Origin: Octopus bimaculoides
Lineage: Eukaryota
NCBI RefSeq assembly: GCF_001194135.2
Contig: NC_068981.1
Coordinates: forward strand, 33,709,646 to 33,773,645
Direction of reading: 5' to 3'
Length of the DNA stretch: 64,000 nt
Each line of letters opens with the position of its first letter. The first letter of the stretch is position 1. The notes under the pieces were generated by a model. It did no database searches. It was not told where the DNA came from and saw only the letters and a program-made list of their open reading frames with translations. The position numbers and the translations under genes are program-made. This document shows positions 1 through 12,224 of this stretch, one piece after another.

Positions 1-1432
1 ATATACACATACATGCATGCAAGTATGCATACACACACATACTCAGATCAAAAGCTAGAGCCATCACTTGCAAGCAAGTTTGACTTGGTAGTAGGTACCT
101 TGCTTTCACTAATTGCATAAGGTACCTCTGTAGATGTGGACAGACGTAGGCACCTTCTTGGCCCTCTCACTTGACATAGTGGAATGCTGAGAACATGACA
201 ATTAGAGAGAGAGAGAGAGAGAAAGAGAGAAAGTGAGAGAAAGAGGGAGAGTGAGAGAGAGGTGCGGCTGTACCAGCACTTCACTGGTATTCATTTTCAA
301 GTGGAATGTGAAATTAAGTACTTTGTTTAAGGACATAACATTCCACTTGATCCAGGAATTGAACCCATGATACACGAAGATATGTAAAACTTAGTGGTTA
401 GAGTAATGGATTCATAATTAAAAGATCGTGAGTTGGATTCCTTGAATGGGTGGTACATTATATCCTTGAGCAAGGGAGTTAAATTTCATTGCTCCAGTTT
501 ACTCAGTTGTAAATAAGTAGCAAGCAAGTGCTGGTGCAGGCCTCTCTCCCTCCAGCTGTCACATCCTCGATACTCAACTGGGTCAAAAGGTGAAATGGCC
601 AAGAGGGTGTCTATGTCCATTTGCAGCTACATGGGAACCTAACATAATTAGTGAAAACATGGTACATGCTACCAAGCTACACTTGAGAATGACGGTTTTA
701 GCTTTTTTGTACACTTGCATGTATGCGTGTATGTATATACTTTTGTGTGTGTGTGTGTGTGTGTGTGTACGTGTGCATGGATGCACATGAAATAAAGAAA
801 GTGACAGTCTACGCAGTTGATACCAAATATATCAAAGTGTAAATAATGAAAGTAATAACAAATCAGAGCGGAATGGAAAGTCAGTTCTAATTTCTGAAAC
901 ATGCTAAACAACAGAGACATACCAAAGTTAAAGCTTTCAATCTTTATTATTTCATTGAAGGCAATAAAGTGTGATAGAACTGAATTTCCTAAAGCACTAA
1001 GTAGATAATTTGGTTTGGAAACCAAGAAAAAAAAAATAATACAGACATAAGGAATTTGATGTCATCCCTTAGGATAGCATCTGCATTATTTATGAGCCAG
1101 CAAATGTGCGCACACAAATGTTCATGCATGACTACACACACACACACGCATACATACATACATACAATGCTATATGAGTTACAAATGACAGCCAAACAAC
1201 CCTGAAATTATACAGCACCATTTAAATAAAAAAGCCATTAACCTTTGGCCTACCTGTGTATCACATGTGATACACAAAGACACATTTCACAGGCATCCAT
1301 TCAATGTTGACTGTTTACAAATAGGGGACTCCACATAGCCATTCAACCTGCCAGAAATAGCCACCAAATATTCCTCAAATAAGAGCCAGTTGTTTCAAAA
1401 AGATGATACTGGATAATTGAGATCCACAGCTA

Positions 1433-1469
<37 letters not shown>

Positions 1470-2385
1470 GTAAATAGGTTATGGTTGGAATGGTTTTGTT
1501 CAAAAAATCTATTGACAGTGGTGGTGGTGGTCATGGTGCTATAGTACAGTAGCAACAAAATACAATAGTCACCCTGCGTGGCTACGTGGTAAGAAGTTTG
1601 TTTCTCAACCTTATGGTTCCAAGTTCGGTCCTACTGTATGGCACCTAGAGCAAGTGTCTTCTACTATAGAACCAGGCTGACCAAAGCCTTGTAAATGAAT
1701 TTGGTAGACGGAAACTGAAAGAAGCCCATCATGATATATGCATGTGTGTGTTATTGTCTCCTTGCCTTGACAGCACCTAATAGTCGTAAACAAGTGTCCC
1801 CATCATGCATGTGGTGGCCTTTGTTTTCAATCTATTGTGAAAACATGTCTGGTTAAGGGGAAATACTGCCTAACTTAAAAAAAGACAAGAGTTGACAACA
1901 GGAAGAGCAACCAGCCATAAAAATCTGTCTCAACAGATTCCATCTGACTCGAGCAAGCACTGAATAGTAAAATGTTAAAGAAATGATGATGATAACGATC
2001 CTATTTATTTGTCCAGAATCTATGAAACTGTAAGTGTTAATTAATTACTTCTATCATAGGGAATACAACAATAATCTATAAAAGACCCAACAAATACAAA
2101 TTGGTCAGCTGGATCTGTGCCATGTTTTCTAAATGACAAACAAAAGAACTTTATCAACAGAATTTCTTTTATTTAATAATTTGTTATCAAAGAGATCAAT
2201 AGTTTTGACATAAATGCTATCACTATTAAAGGGCAGTAGATTGCAGAATCAGATTAAATGTTTTACAGAATTTAGTTAGATTCTGAGTTCAAAGCCCACT
2301 GGAGCCTAATTTGTGCTTTATCTTTCCAGAGTTGATAAAGTAAATAATGCAGTAAATATTAATAATTATTATTGATAATATTGTC

Positions 2386-2438
<53 letters not shown>

Positions 2439-2472
2439 CATTACCATTTAATGTCCATCTTCCATGCTGGCA

Positions 2473-2505
<33 letters not shown>

Positions 2506-2657
2506 AATGTATGTATATGTATTTATATATATGTGTGACCAAGTGCGTGTTTATTTNNNNNNNNNNNNNNNNNNNNNNNNNNNNNNNNNNNNNNNNNNNN
2601 NNNNNNNNNNNNNNNNNNNNNNNNNNNNNNNNNNNNNNNNNNNNNNNNNNNNNNNNN

Positions 2658-2701
<44 letters not shown>

Positions 2702-3684
2702 AAAAGGTGCAGATGTAGCTGTCTGATAAGAAGTATGTTTCCCAGCCACATGGTTCCATGTTCAATCCCATTGCAAGGCACCTTGACGAAGTGACTTCCA
2801 CTATAGCCTTGGACTGACCAATGCATTGGGGTGGAACAGGTTGCTGGAAACTGAAAGAAGCTGGGTTGTGTGTGTGTGTGTGTGTTGGTGTTTGTCCCCC
2901 ACCACCGCTTGACAACCAGTGTTGGTTTCTTCACCTCCCTGTTTGGTAAAAAGAATCTGATCGGAAAATATCAGACTTAAAAAAAAAATAAGTACTAGGA
3001 TTGATTTTATTTAACTAAACCTTTCATGGTGGTGCCCCAGCATGTCTACAATCCAATGACAGAAACAAGACATATATAATATATATATCCATCCATCTAT
3101 CTATATAGATGTCCATCCATCCACCTATCTATATTTGACTGCAGCCATGCTGGAGCATCGCCTCTAGTTGAGCAAATAGAATCCAGGACTTATTCTTTGT
3201 AAGTCTAGTACTTAATCTATTGGTCCCTTTTGCTGAACTGCTAGGTTACGGGGAAGTAAACACACCAGCATTGGTTGTCAAGTGATAGGGGGGGGGGACA
3301 AACATATACACACACAAACACATACATATATGTATACTAGCTTAAACACCGCCCAACAGGGTGGCTTTTAAGCTAGCTCCTGTGGAGAGCTTTCCATTGG
3401 GCGTTGAGCCCAATAATGACACTTCATGCATTGAGTACATATTAAATTTTATTAAACCTGACCAATGTTTTTCAAACAATGAACAATTTTCGTCAAAACA
3501 ATGATATATGTCAACTTGGAACTTATTGCAAAGCTTCATGATAAACAACATTTTTTGTCTTCCCATTTGGGGGTCAGTACAATATTTTTTTCTGTCTAAC
3601 CTCTTTCTCTTTCTCTTGATTGTTTTCAACCATCACCATCACCAGTACAACCACCATCGCCAACACAACTGCCATACACACACC

Positions 3685-4706
3685 ATTCAGACTTTTGACG
3701 CTACCACCACAAAACACGAACAAAACAAAAAACTGTTTTCAGTCTTTAAGCTGACAGATATAAACAAGAAGTCACACTACCTAACAACTATGAAGAAAAA
3801 GAAGAAACTAAAACTAGAACAGCAATGGATCATAATAAAACAATAGCATGAAAAGCCCCTTCAAGGCAAATACTGGGCTAAATTAAACGTAAAAGAAATA
3901 TACAAAGCAAAATCCCAGCAATGGCTGAGAAGCTCAGGACTCAAAGCAGAGACTGAAGGAGTTTTAAGTGCAGCATAAGACCAAAGCCTTCCCACCAGAA
4001 ATTACAAAAAACATATAATCAAAAGAAACATAACAAGTAACTGCAGAATATGTGGAGGTAGACAAGAAACAATAAATCATATTATCTCTGGCTGCCCAGT
4101 CCTGGCTAAGAAGGAATATATTCACAGACATGACAGAGCTGGGACCTACATACACTGGAAGCTATGCCAACACTATAGAATAACAACAGAAAAAAGATGG
4201 TATAGGCACATGCCAGAAAAGGTCACATAAGACAAGAAAGCAACAATACTATGGGATATGCCAATACACAGATTGAGAAATTAAGGCCAATAGACCAAAT
4301 ATAGTTGTCAGAGATCATGAAGAAAAAAAAATGCTTTCTAATTGATGTATTAATACCAACAGATGACATTGTTTCTCTAAAAGAAATGGAGAAACTTTCA
4401 AAATACAAAGACCTGGAAATAGAGGTAACTCGAATGTGGAATCTAAAAACAGAAACAATTCCTATCATAGTAGGCACCTTAGGTATGATAAAAAAAAATA
4501 TTCAGATAAATACATAACAAAAACACCAGGACCAACAAATATATGTAACATACAGAAAATAGCACTACTAGGCACTGCACACATCCTATGTAAAACACTT
4601 TCAATACAGTAACCATAAGAGCATCACAGCAAACCACAGCACATACCCAAGGCACACAGAGCTACACTCGGTAGTGAAGTGAAAGCACGTTATAAAAATA
4701 AGACTA

Positions 4707-4710
<4 letters not shown>
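3685..4710 (+). mobile_element. 5'-truncated R4/Dong-like non-LTR retrotransposon (CCHC knuckle plus restriction-like endonuclease), decayed
   Basis: Translates as ...WLRSSGLKAETEG...CRICGGRQETINHIISGCPVLAKKEYIHRHDR...KANRPNIVV...FLIDV...EKLSKYKDLEIEV...QKIALLGTAHIL with stops and frameshifts; ends in (AAT)n at 4711-4738. Confidence 0.88.
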
Positions 4711-4741
<31 letters not shown>

Positions 4742-6082
4742 TAAAAATTATGGACTCTCTCATCGAAGATGATGTATGAGTACAGTTTTTCTTTTACTGA
4801 ATGACCTGCACAAATGATTTGTTTTATAGTGATCGAATGTATGTGCTGCACATTAGGTCGTTCCCTCCATCAAATCAACATTGCCTGAAGAGGTGCACAG
4901 TGTACCACGCATCAGATGTCTAAGTGACCACAGAGCAACATGAGATGAAGTGTTTTGCTCAGGAACACAATGCACTGCCTGGTCTAAGAATTTAAACCAT
5001 GATCTTGTGATTATTAGTGCAACACTCTAACCACTAGGCCGTATGTCATCCTTTAATAATAACAACAACAACAACATCAATAATAATAATAATAATAATA
5101 ATAATAATCCTTTCTACTATAGGCATAAGGCCTGAAATTTGAGGGGTGGGGCTAGTCAATTACATTGATCCCAGGGCTCAACCAGTACTTATTTTATCAA
5201 TGTTGAATAGATGAAAGGCAAAGTGGACTCAACAATAATAATGATATCCATTATTATTTATTGATCCTAGTGAAATACTGGAGTCAATAAAAATCAACTA
5301 TGCCTTTCTGAAGAAAGTTTTGTTTTGTGCTTATGCTAAAAATCCATATATGGGTATTTGGTAAAGAAGTTTACAACTCAACATTGTTTTAGGTTTGATT
5401 CTATTGTGTGGTGCCTTTGATAGACAGGAACTGTCGAGAAGCTTGTTCCTGTTCTTGGATGGCAGACTCAATCTATTGTCACCTAATCCCTGTGCATTTG
5501 GGCCTAACTTCTTGCTCCAGTCTCAGAGGCCCTAAGAAATTTCATGGGCACTACATTTCTTGATCTGACAAAACAGATGACACACATATGCATGCACATG
5601 CATAATTTTTAAGACTCCTATGTATGTAGTTGTAGTAAGGTGTGCAAAATCTGCTTCCTATAATATTCGCATCCACCCAATATCAACCGTATACAGTTGG
5701 AGACCTGCTCAAAGTCATGATATGGATTTAATCACATGGTTGTCCATCTGATTACACACACATACGTATGGATATACAGAAGCATGTCCATACATATGCA
5801 TGGACTCATATGCAAATGTTTGGCTGTAAATTTATTGTTACTATAATATTTAATTCAACAGTTCTTAATAATTATTATTGATAGTATTCATCATCATCAT
5901 CATCATCATAATTAATGTCTTTCTTCTGCCATATATGTATGTTTGAACATGTGTAAATATATGTGTGTGAGTTCATATTTATATGCGTGTGCATGAGTGT
6001 GTGAATATATAAACATACATATAAATATATATAATGTGTATGTGTGCGTATATATATATATATATGTGTGTGTGTATATATA

Positions 6083-6126
<44 letters not shown>

Positions 6127-6138
6127 CATGTGTGTATA

Positions 6139-6199
<61 letters not shown>

Positions 6200-6292
6200 T
6201 GTGGATTAACCTCCAAATTTGTAATGCTTTATTTAAAAAATTGGAAAGCTTTATTTAAAAAATTAATAACAACAACAGCAATAATAATAATG

Positions 6293-6328
<36 letters not shown>

Positions 6329-7339
6329 GCAACAATAAATAGAAAACAAATTTGAACAGAAGCTATTGAACTGAAATTAATGTATCTTTGGGCATGTATA
6401 TAGATATGCATTTTCTATGGATAGAATAGTATTATGTTTATTTTTATTTTCTCCTTTCTGGCTATGTTAGTGAGCAGAACAGTAGCGATATATGCAGAAG
6501 AAAATAGAAGAATAAGTCATGATCGATAGATCGATCGAAGAAACTGAACTACAAAGAAAAACGTCCGACAGCAATGGTTATGAAGTAAAAAGCAAATCCC
6601 GCTTTAATACACAGACTATCAAAGTGATGTTGCACATATGTATATGTGTATGCATATGTGTGAGTGTGTGTGCATGCATGTGTGAATATGCATGTGTGTG
6701 TGTGTGTGTATGTGTTTGTGCACTGAGAGAATTGATAGATATTGAGTAAATCATTTTTCTAAGACCATCACAACATATGTGCGTCCAACAAGAATACATG
6801 CTTACAAAAGAGAAAAAGATGTATGCAAGTGTGTGTGTGTGTGTGTGTGTTTAAATGATAATTCATATAATATATGCATGAGGAGAGAGTGAATTCATGT
6901 GTCTGTGTATGTGCATACCTATACTATGAGCAAGGATATGCATGCATGCATGCAGTTGTGTATAAGGTATTATCATCACAAACATTCCAGATATGACCAC
7001 TCTGCCTTTTAGGCAAGAATGTAGCTTACTACATTATCTAATCTGTCCTACATTTTTCAAGACAGCAGAGTGTGATACTGAAAATAGTTTGGCTGTTATT
7101 TCTAGCAGATTGAACAACTACATAGAAGCTTTTTTTTCATTGGCTCCTAGAAGAGGTTCCCTCATTATGCTGTTTGTTGTTGTTGCTTTTCTTTAGCCCC
7201 AGGTCAGCTCTAATCATGCAGTCTTATGGCATAAAGGTAATCAGCTGAATGATAAAAATACAACAGCCCCCACCCCCATCTTCTAGTTACATCATGTCTT
7301 CAGTAACTGAGGATCATACTGCATTATCCAACAAGTAGC

Positions 7340-9230
7340 AATGAAACACATGGGGTGCAGTGTGACAATCTTACATATTGCACTCTCTCCACTGTTCAGT
7401 ATTTATTTCTGCATATCCATAGATTCTGACAGTGGCTGTAGCAGAGACAAACAAGGTAGTCGTAGTCAGTGTGCAACAGTTGCAGTTTCTATGCACTTCC
7501 TGTTGGTGGTGTGCATCCCCAGCAATGCATTTGGGACTAGTGAGGCTATTGATGTTGCAGTAATTTCTGTTTGTGTATTCCTTTTTCTTAGCTGAGCTGA
7601 ATAGGAGAGAAAATATTAAAATGATGTAGTTGGTATTCTGGTATTTTGTGCATATGTCTGGGTCATTTCTTTGTTTTTTTTTTTTTGTTTTTTTCTTTCA
7701 TATCATGGACTATGAGAGTTGAAGATGACTGCAACAAACTATGCCAACTGCATATCCAGGGAGTCATTAATTTTTAGCAATTTATTTCATTGTGTAAGTG
7801 GCCAGAAGGTGTAGTATGTGTACATCCTGTTATGAATGCACAGAGAACTGTTTTGTGTTCTTTGTAGTTTATTATGGTTTGTTGCTGAGAAACAGGGAAA
7901 TGTACAGGTAAGGATTGTCATAATCCATGATGGATCCAATGCATTGCTTGTTCACCATTGTTGCTGTTGGCCAGATGTGGTATATGTGGTTGCTCAAAAT
8001 ACGTTTGTGTGTAGTTTTGTTTTCTTTACTATGCTACCTATGTGTTGTGAATGTTATAGAAGATTTGTATTTAGCAATGAGCATTTTAATCTGTTTGTGT
8101 GGGATGTGTGTGTTGTTTAGTGTAAAGGTTAATAATTGTACCTGATGACCTCTGGTGTTGCTGATAAGAAATGAGACAGTGGATTTAATAGGTGTACTTT
8201 AACCCTTTTGTTACCATATTTCTATGGAACTACACTGGCCATGTTTCATTTAATTTTGAAAATGAGGAAGAATTTATAAAATAACTTTGTCATTATTTAA
8301 ACTGACATTTGGAAAATAAATAAACAAGAAATTTTGATGGAAGCATTTTAGACCAGGAAGTGTGTGTGATAGAAACAGGGGTAGTTTCAGGTGGTTTGGT
8401 ATCAGGTTAAGCCTGTTGTGAAACGAAGTTTCTCTGTGATTTAAGTAGGGTTGAAGTAGTTGTGAAACCGTGCCTGGTGACAGAGAGAAAGGTGTTATGT
8501 CAACTACATATGAGGTTATCTGTAGATTCCATGGATGTGTGGAAAAGTTGAGATAGTAAAAAAATGAGAGAGAAGATGGATCTCTTGATATTCTATTCAG
8601 GAAATTGCAGGTTTTGGCAGTGTTATTCTTGTATTTGAGCAGCTTGATATGTAGCATGCTAGTTAGCAATTTGTGCTGTTTCTTAAGATGTAGTTCAGTA
8701 TTTTTGTATGAGTGAATAGTGGGGAATGAAACTGGAAGTATTGTTGCTGTTGATGGTAGAAAGAATGGTATAAATGTAAAGTTTTTGTTGTTGACAACCT
8801 CATGTATTTGCTGTGCTTGTGAGCAGTGTGGTGGTTGAGTGTAATGTTCTGAATGCATGTTGTGATTGAGAGAGAAAAATGTATGGACTAATGATGTCAA
8901 AGATTAGTCGTTCTATAATTTTTGAGGGTGTACATCTATTATTACTTCACTTAGGTTTTTGTTGAACTTTATAGAATTGTTATAATTTTGTCTAGCTTCC
9001 AGGTTCTGAGAATTTGACAATGTTGGTAGGAGTTGCAGAAATTGGTGAGTGCAGTGATTCATTGATTGATGTATGTTTTGTGGTGGTAACTGATAAGCAA
9101 TCCAAAGAAAGATGGGAAATTGTTTACCAAGAAGTGGTGGAAGTAGTTGAGTGGAACAGAATGTGATATCTGAAGAACTGTTGTAGTTGTCATGGTGAAC
9201 AAGCTGAAGGTTTATGCAGCTTAGAAACAT
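7340..9230 (-). mobile_element. Decayed APE-type LINE remnant
   Basis: A/C-rich minus strand; SSDITFCSTQLLPPLLGKQFPIFL resembles the APE endonuclease C-terminus; KQCIGSIMDYDNP resembles an RT C-terminal motif; interrupted by a MITE fragment near 8200-8340; explains ORFs 8274-8900 and 8913-9230. Confidence 0.5.
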
Positions 9231-9239
9231 GAATAATGC

Positions 9240-9620
9240 CTGTCAAATGAGATGTCCTTGCAAAATCTAATTCATCACACTAGAAGACGAAGTCACCAAC
9301 TTTGTGGTCCTTGGCAGAAGAGGATATAAGACCATATCTGCAATGCTCTATGAATTGCGATGACTTGGTTATGTGCACAACATGAATTAAGGTCACATCC
9401 TTAAGGATCTACTGTATTGCCAGCTTGAATGCAAATCATGATCAACAAGCAGTCACTACTAGAGATAAAGAGATGCATGCAAAAGAGATCACAATTCAAC
9501 AAATATTGAAGTAGTCATGGAAGAAGTACATTGAACCAGTTAACCTGGAGATATACTGTGGAAACATAGGTGAAAAATGAAAGGAAGGTCAATTAAAATC
9601 AGCTTTGGGCAGTAAAAAGA
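9240..9620 (+). mobile_element. RTE-clade LINE C-terminal remnant
   Basis: GHILKDLLYCQL...RDACKRD resembles the RTE motif GRIPKDLLYGEL...RYKDVCKRD. Confidence 0.5.
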
Positions 9621-10110
9621 CAGAGTCTTTATCTGAAATGACTGCAATAAGAACTGTCACTCTTAAATTACATGATGTGCTAAAATAATGGGGGACATTG
9701 GATAAGAGGAGGAAGAGAGAGAAGGAAAAGAAATTTCCATTTAAGATGGCTAGAGACCAATGAAATGACAGTGTGAAAAGATGCAGGTATATTGTGCATA
9801 TATGGTGGAGAATGTTATACATTTATATAAATATGCAACGTGAATATGTGGAAGAATGCAAAGAAGAGACTGAATGTGAGGGAATGAGAGAAAAAAAACA
9901 GACAGAGTGGAAGAAATTGTCAGAGAGAAGAGAAGTAGAAAGTGTCAAGAAAGAGAGAGAAAATACATAATATACAGGAGCTCCAGATGTAATAAAATAA
10001 TCTGGAGAAGGATAATTGTGTTATTGTTTAGACCCTGGCCGAGGAAACAGACATACAGCCAAAGGCTTTCCAGCACTGACTATTCTGCCTTTTTATTTTT
10101 TTTGTACAGT

Positions 10111-10485
10111 GGCGCAGGAGTGGCTGTGTGTTAAGTAGCTTGCTTACCAACCACATGGTTCCGGGTTCAGTCCCACTGCCTGGCACCTTGGGAAAGTGTC
10201 TTCTGCTATAGCCTCGGGTCGACCAAAGCCTTGTGAGTGGATTTGGTAGACGGAAACTAAAAGAAGCCTGTCGTATGTATGTATATGTGTGTTTGTCCCC
10301 CCCTAACATCGCTTGACAACCGATGCTAGTGTGTTTATGTCCCCGTCACTTAGCGGTTCGGCAAAAGAGACCGATAGAATAAGTACTAGACTTACAAAGA
10401 ATAAGTCCTGGGGTCGATTTGCTCGACTAAAGACGGTACTCCAGCATGGCCGCAGTCAAATGACTGAAACAAGTAAAAGAGTAAA
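10111..10485 (+). mobile_element. SINE family A, full-length well-preserved copy (tRNA-like head, conserved core, internal TA/TG microsatellite)
   Basis: Core GGCACCTTGGG(C/A)AAGTGTCTTCT...GACCAAAGCCTTGTGAGTGGATTTGGTAGACGGAAACT recurs at about 1576, 2712, 3133(-), 34790(-), 39000, 43410, 48830, 54425, 57004(-). Confidence 0.9.
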
Positions 10486-12189
10486 TCCAAGACATGATGC
10501 AGTGTGTCCTTTTAAGTAGGTATAGTGTAATTTGAGAAAGATTTGGCTACTATTTCTCACAAGTCAAACAAACCATGTAGACGTTCCTTTATTGGTTTGT
10601 GGATGTTTTGTGTAGGTTAGTTATCTTCATTATTTTCAAAACTAATTATCAACTGAACTTCATTTAAGCTTCAACAATCCAAGAGTATGATTAGTTAAGC
10701 TATGAATTTACTTTTGGCCAGATATTAGAAAAGGGAACACAAAATTTAATCAAGTTTTGATTACCAAACCTTACAAAAGAGAAAGAAAGAAGAGGCAAGG
10801 AGACTTATACGAACAATTGAAAATTAAGTTTTGCAGATGACAAATGTTTTACTCTGAATCTGCAATGTGGTTACTCAACCTTTCAAACAGTAACCAAATC
10901 TCCTACAAATAGCCTCCTACTTTACTAAAAAAGAAGGAAAAAGTTTGATAATGCAATCATCATTATATGTAATGACTATCAAAAGGATGCAATCACCTAT
11001 GACAAGAGCTAACTTTGTGCTAAATAACAACAAAACTAATAGAGATTTGTTCTTAAATGGGTTACACTTTTTTTTCCCTCTCTTGTGACTACATTAAAGA
11101 TTGTTGAAATATATCTTTTAGCGTTCACTTGTTTCAGTGATTATATTATCATCATGTTGATGCCCATTTTTCCATGGGTCAGACAGAATATGCGGAGTCA
11201 GATTATCTACGGCTAGATGTCCTTCCTCTCGTCAACCATCATCAGATTTTTAAGTAAGGTAAAACTTTCTCATTGCCAGCCATATTTTTATGGAAGACTA
11301 GAAATGAAGGACATTGCATGTATAACGGAGACGCTCGTTTACGAGTATTGTACCGTGTCAAAACAAGGGACACACACAACGGACTTATTTCAGTTTCCTT
11401 CCATCAAATCCTCTCGCGAAGCTTCAGCTGACCCGGAGTTATAATAGAAGACAGGCTCAAAGCCCAATCAGTGGGACTGAACCCAAAACCAAATGGTTGC
11501 AAATCACACACACACACACACACACACAAGAAGAGTTACAGAAATAACTGTATAGTTTAGCTTACTGTCGGCAGCCAGTAATGAACAAAGTGGGTCCTTA
11601 TATTCAAGGATTGCCCAATAAAGTGATATGTGCATGTATGCATAAGTGGTATGATTAGTAGACAACAGAAAAAAAAAGACATGAAAAACAGATGACTAAG
11701 GAAAATAGAGGAAATCATGACGAAAGAATATATATAAAAAAAAGATTTTTTTCATTGATCGAGAGAAAGCATTTTAACAACTCTATTTGAAAGAAGCTAG
11801 CTTGAATTTAGTTGCCCTCAAACAAAACCCCTAGAGAGGCGGTGTTGGATGTAGGGGGGCTTCCGTAAGAGACGTTGGCACTTCAAAGACGATTGGAGTT
11901 TTGATTTCTTTGAAATTGCCGGAAAGATAAAAAGACATATCAGTCTCAAAAGCCATTTCTCACAGTCAAATAAGCACATTAGTTTGTAATGTTAGAGAGA
12001 AGGGGACAGAAAGAAAACAAACTGAGCAAAAATCAAAAACAAGAAATCATATCACTCTAACAATAATAAACGTTAGTCATATACATATATATATTTTTTA
12101 ATATATGCACTGTCGAAGTGAGTACAACAACCGCAATAACAGAAAGGGACAATAAAGGAAAATTGAGCAATAAAAATAGAAAATAACTG

Positions 12190-12224
<35 letters not shown>

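Noticed and set aside
5875-6411. ORFs rich in YI/CV/HT/I runs (also 2441-2934, 22901-24672, 38233-38796, 57268-57751)
   Set aside because: Translations of dinucleotide/trinucleotide microsatellites and N-gaps, not proteins
8274-9230. Longest non-repetitive ORFs (208 and 105 aa) as a host gene
   Set aside because: Composition and flanking motifs fit a decayed LINE; no splice-consistent gene model
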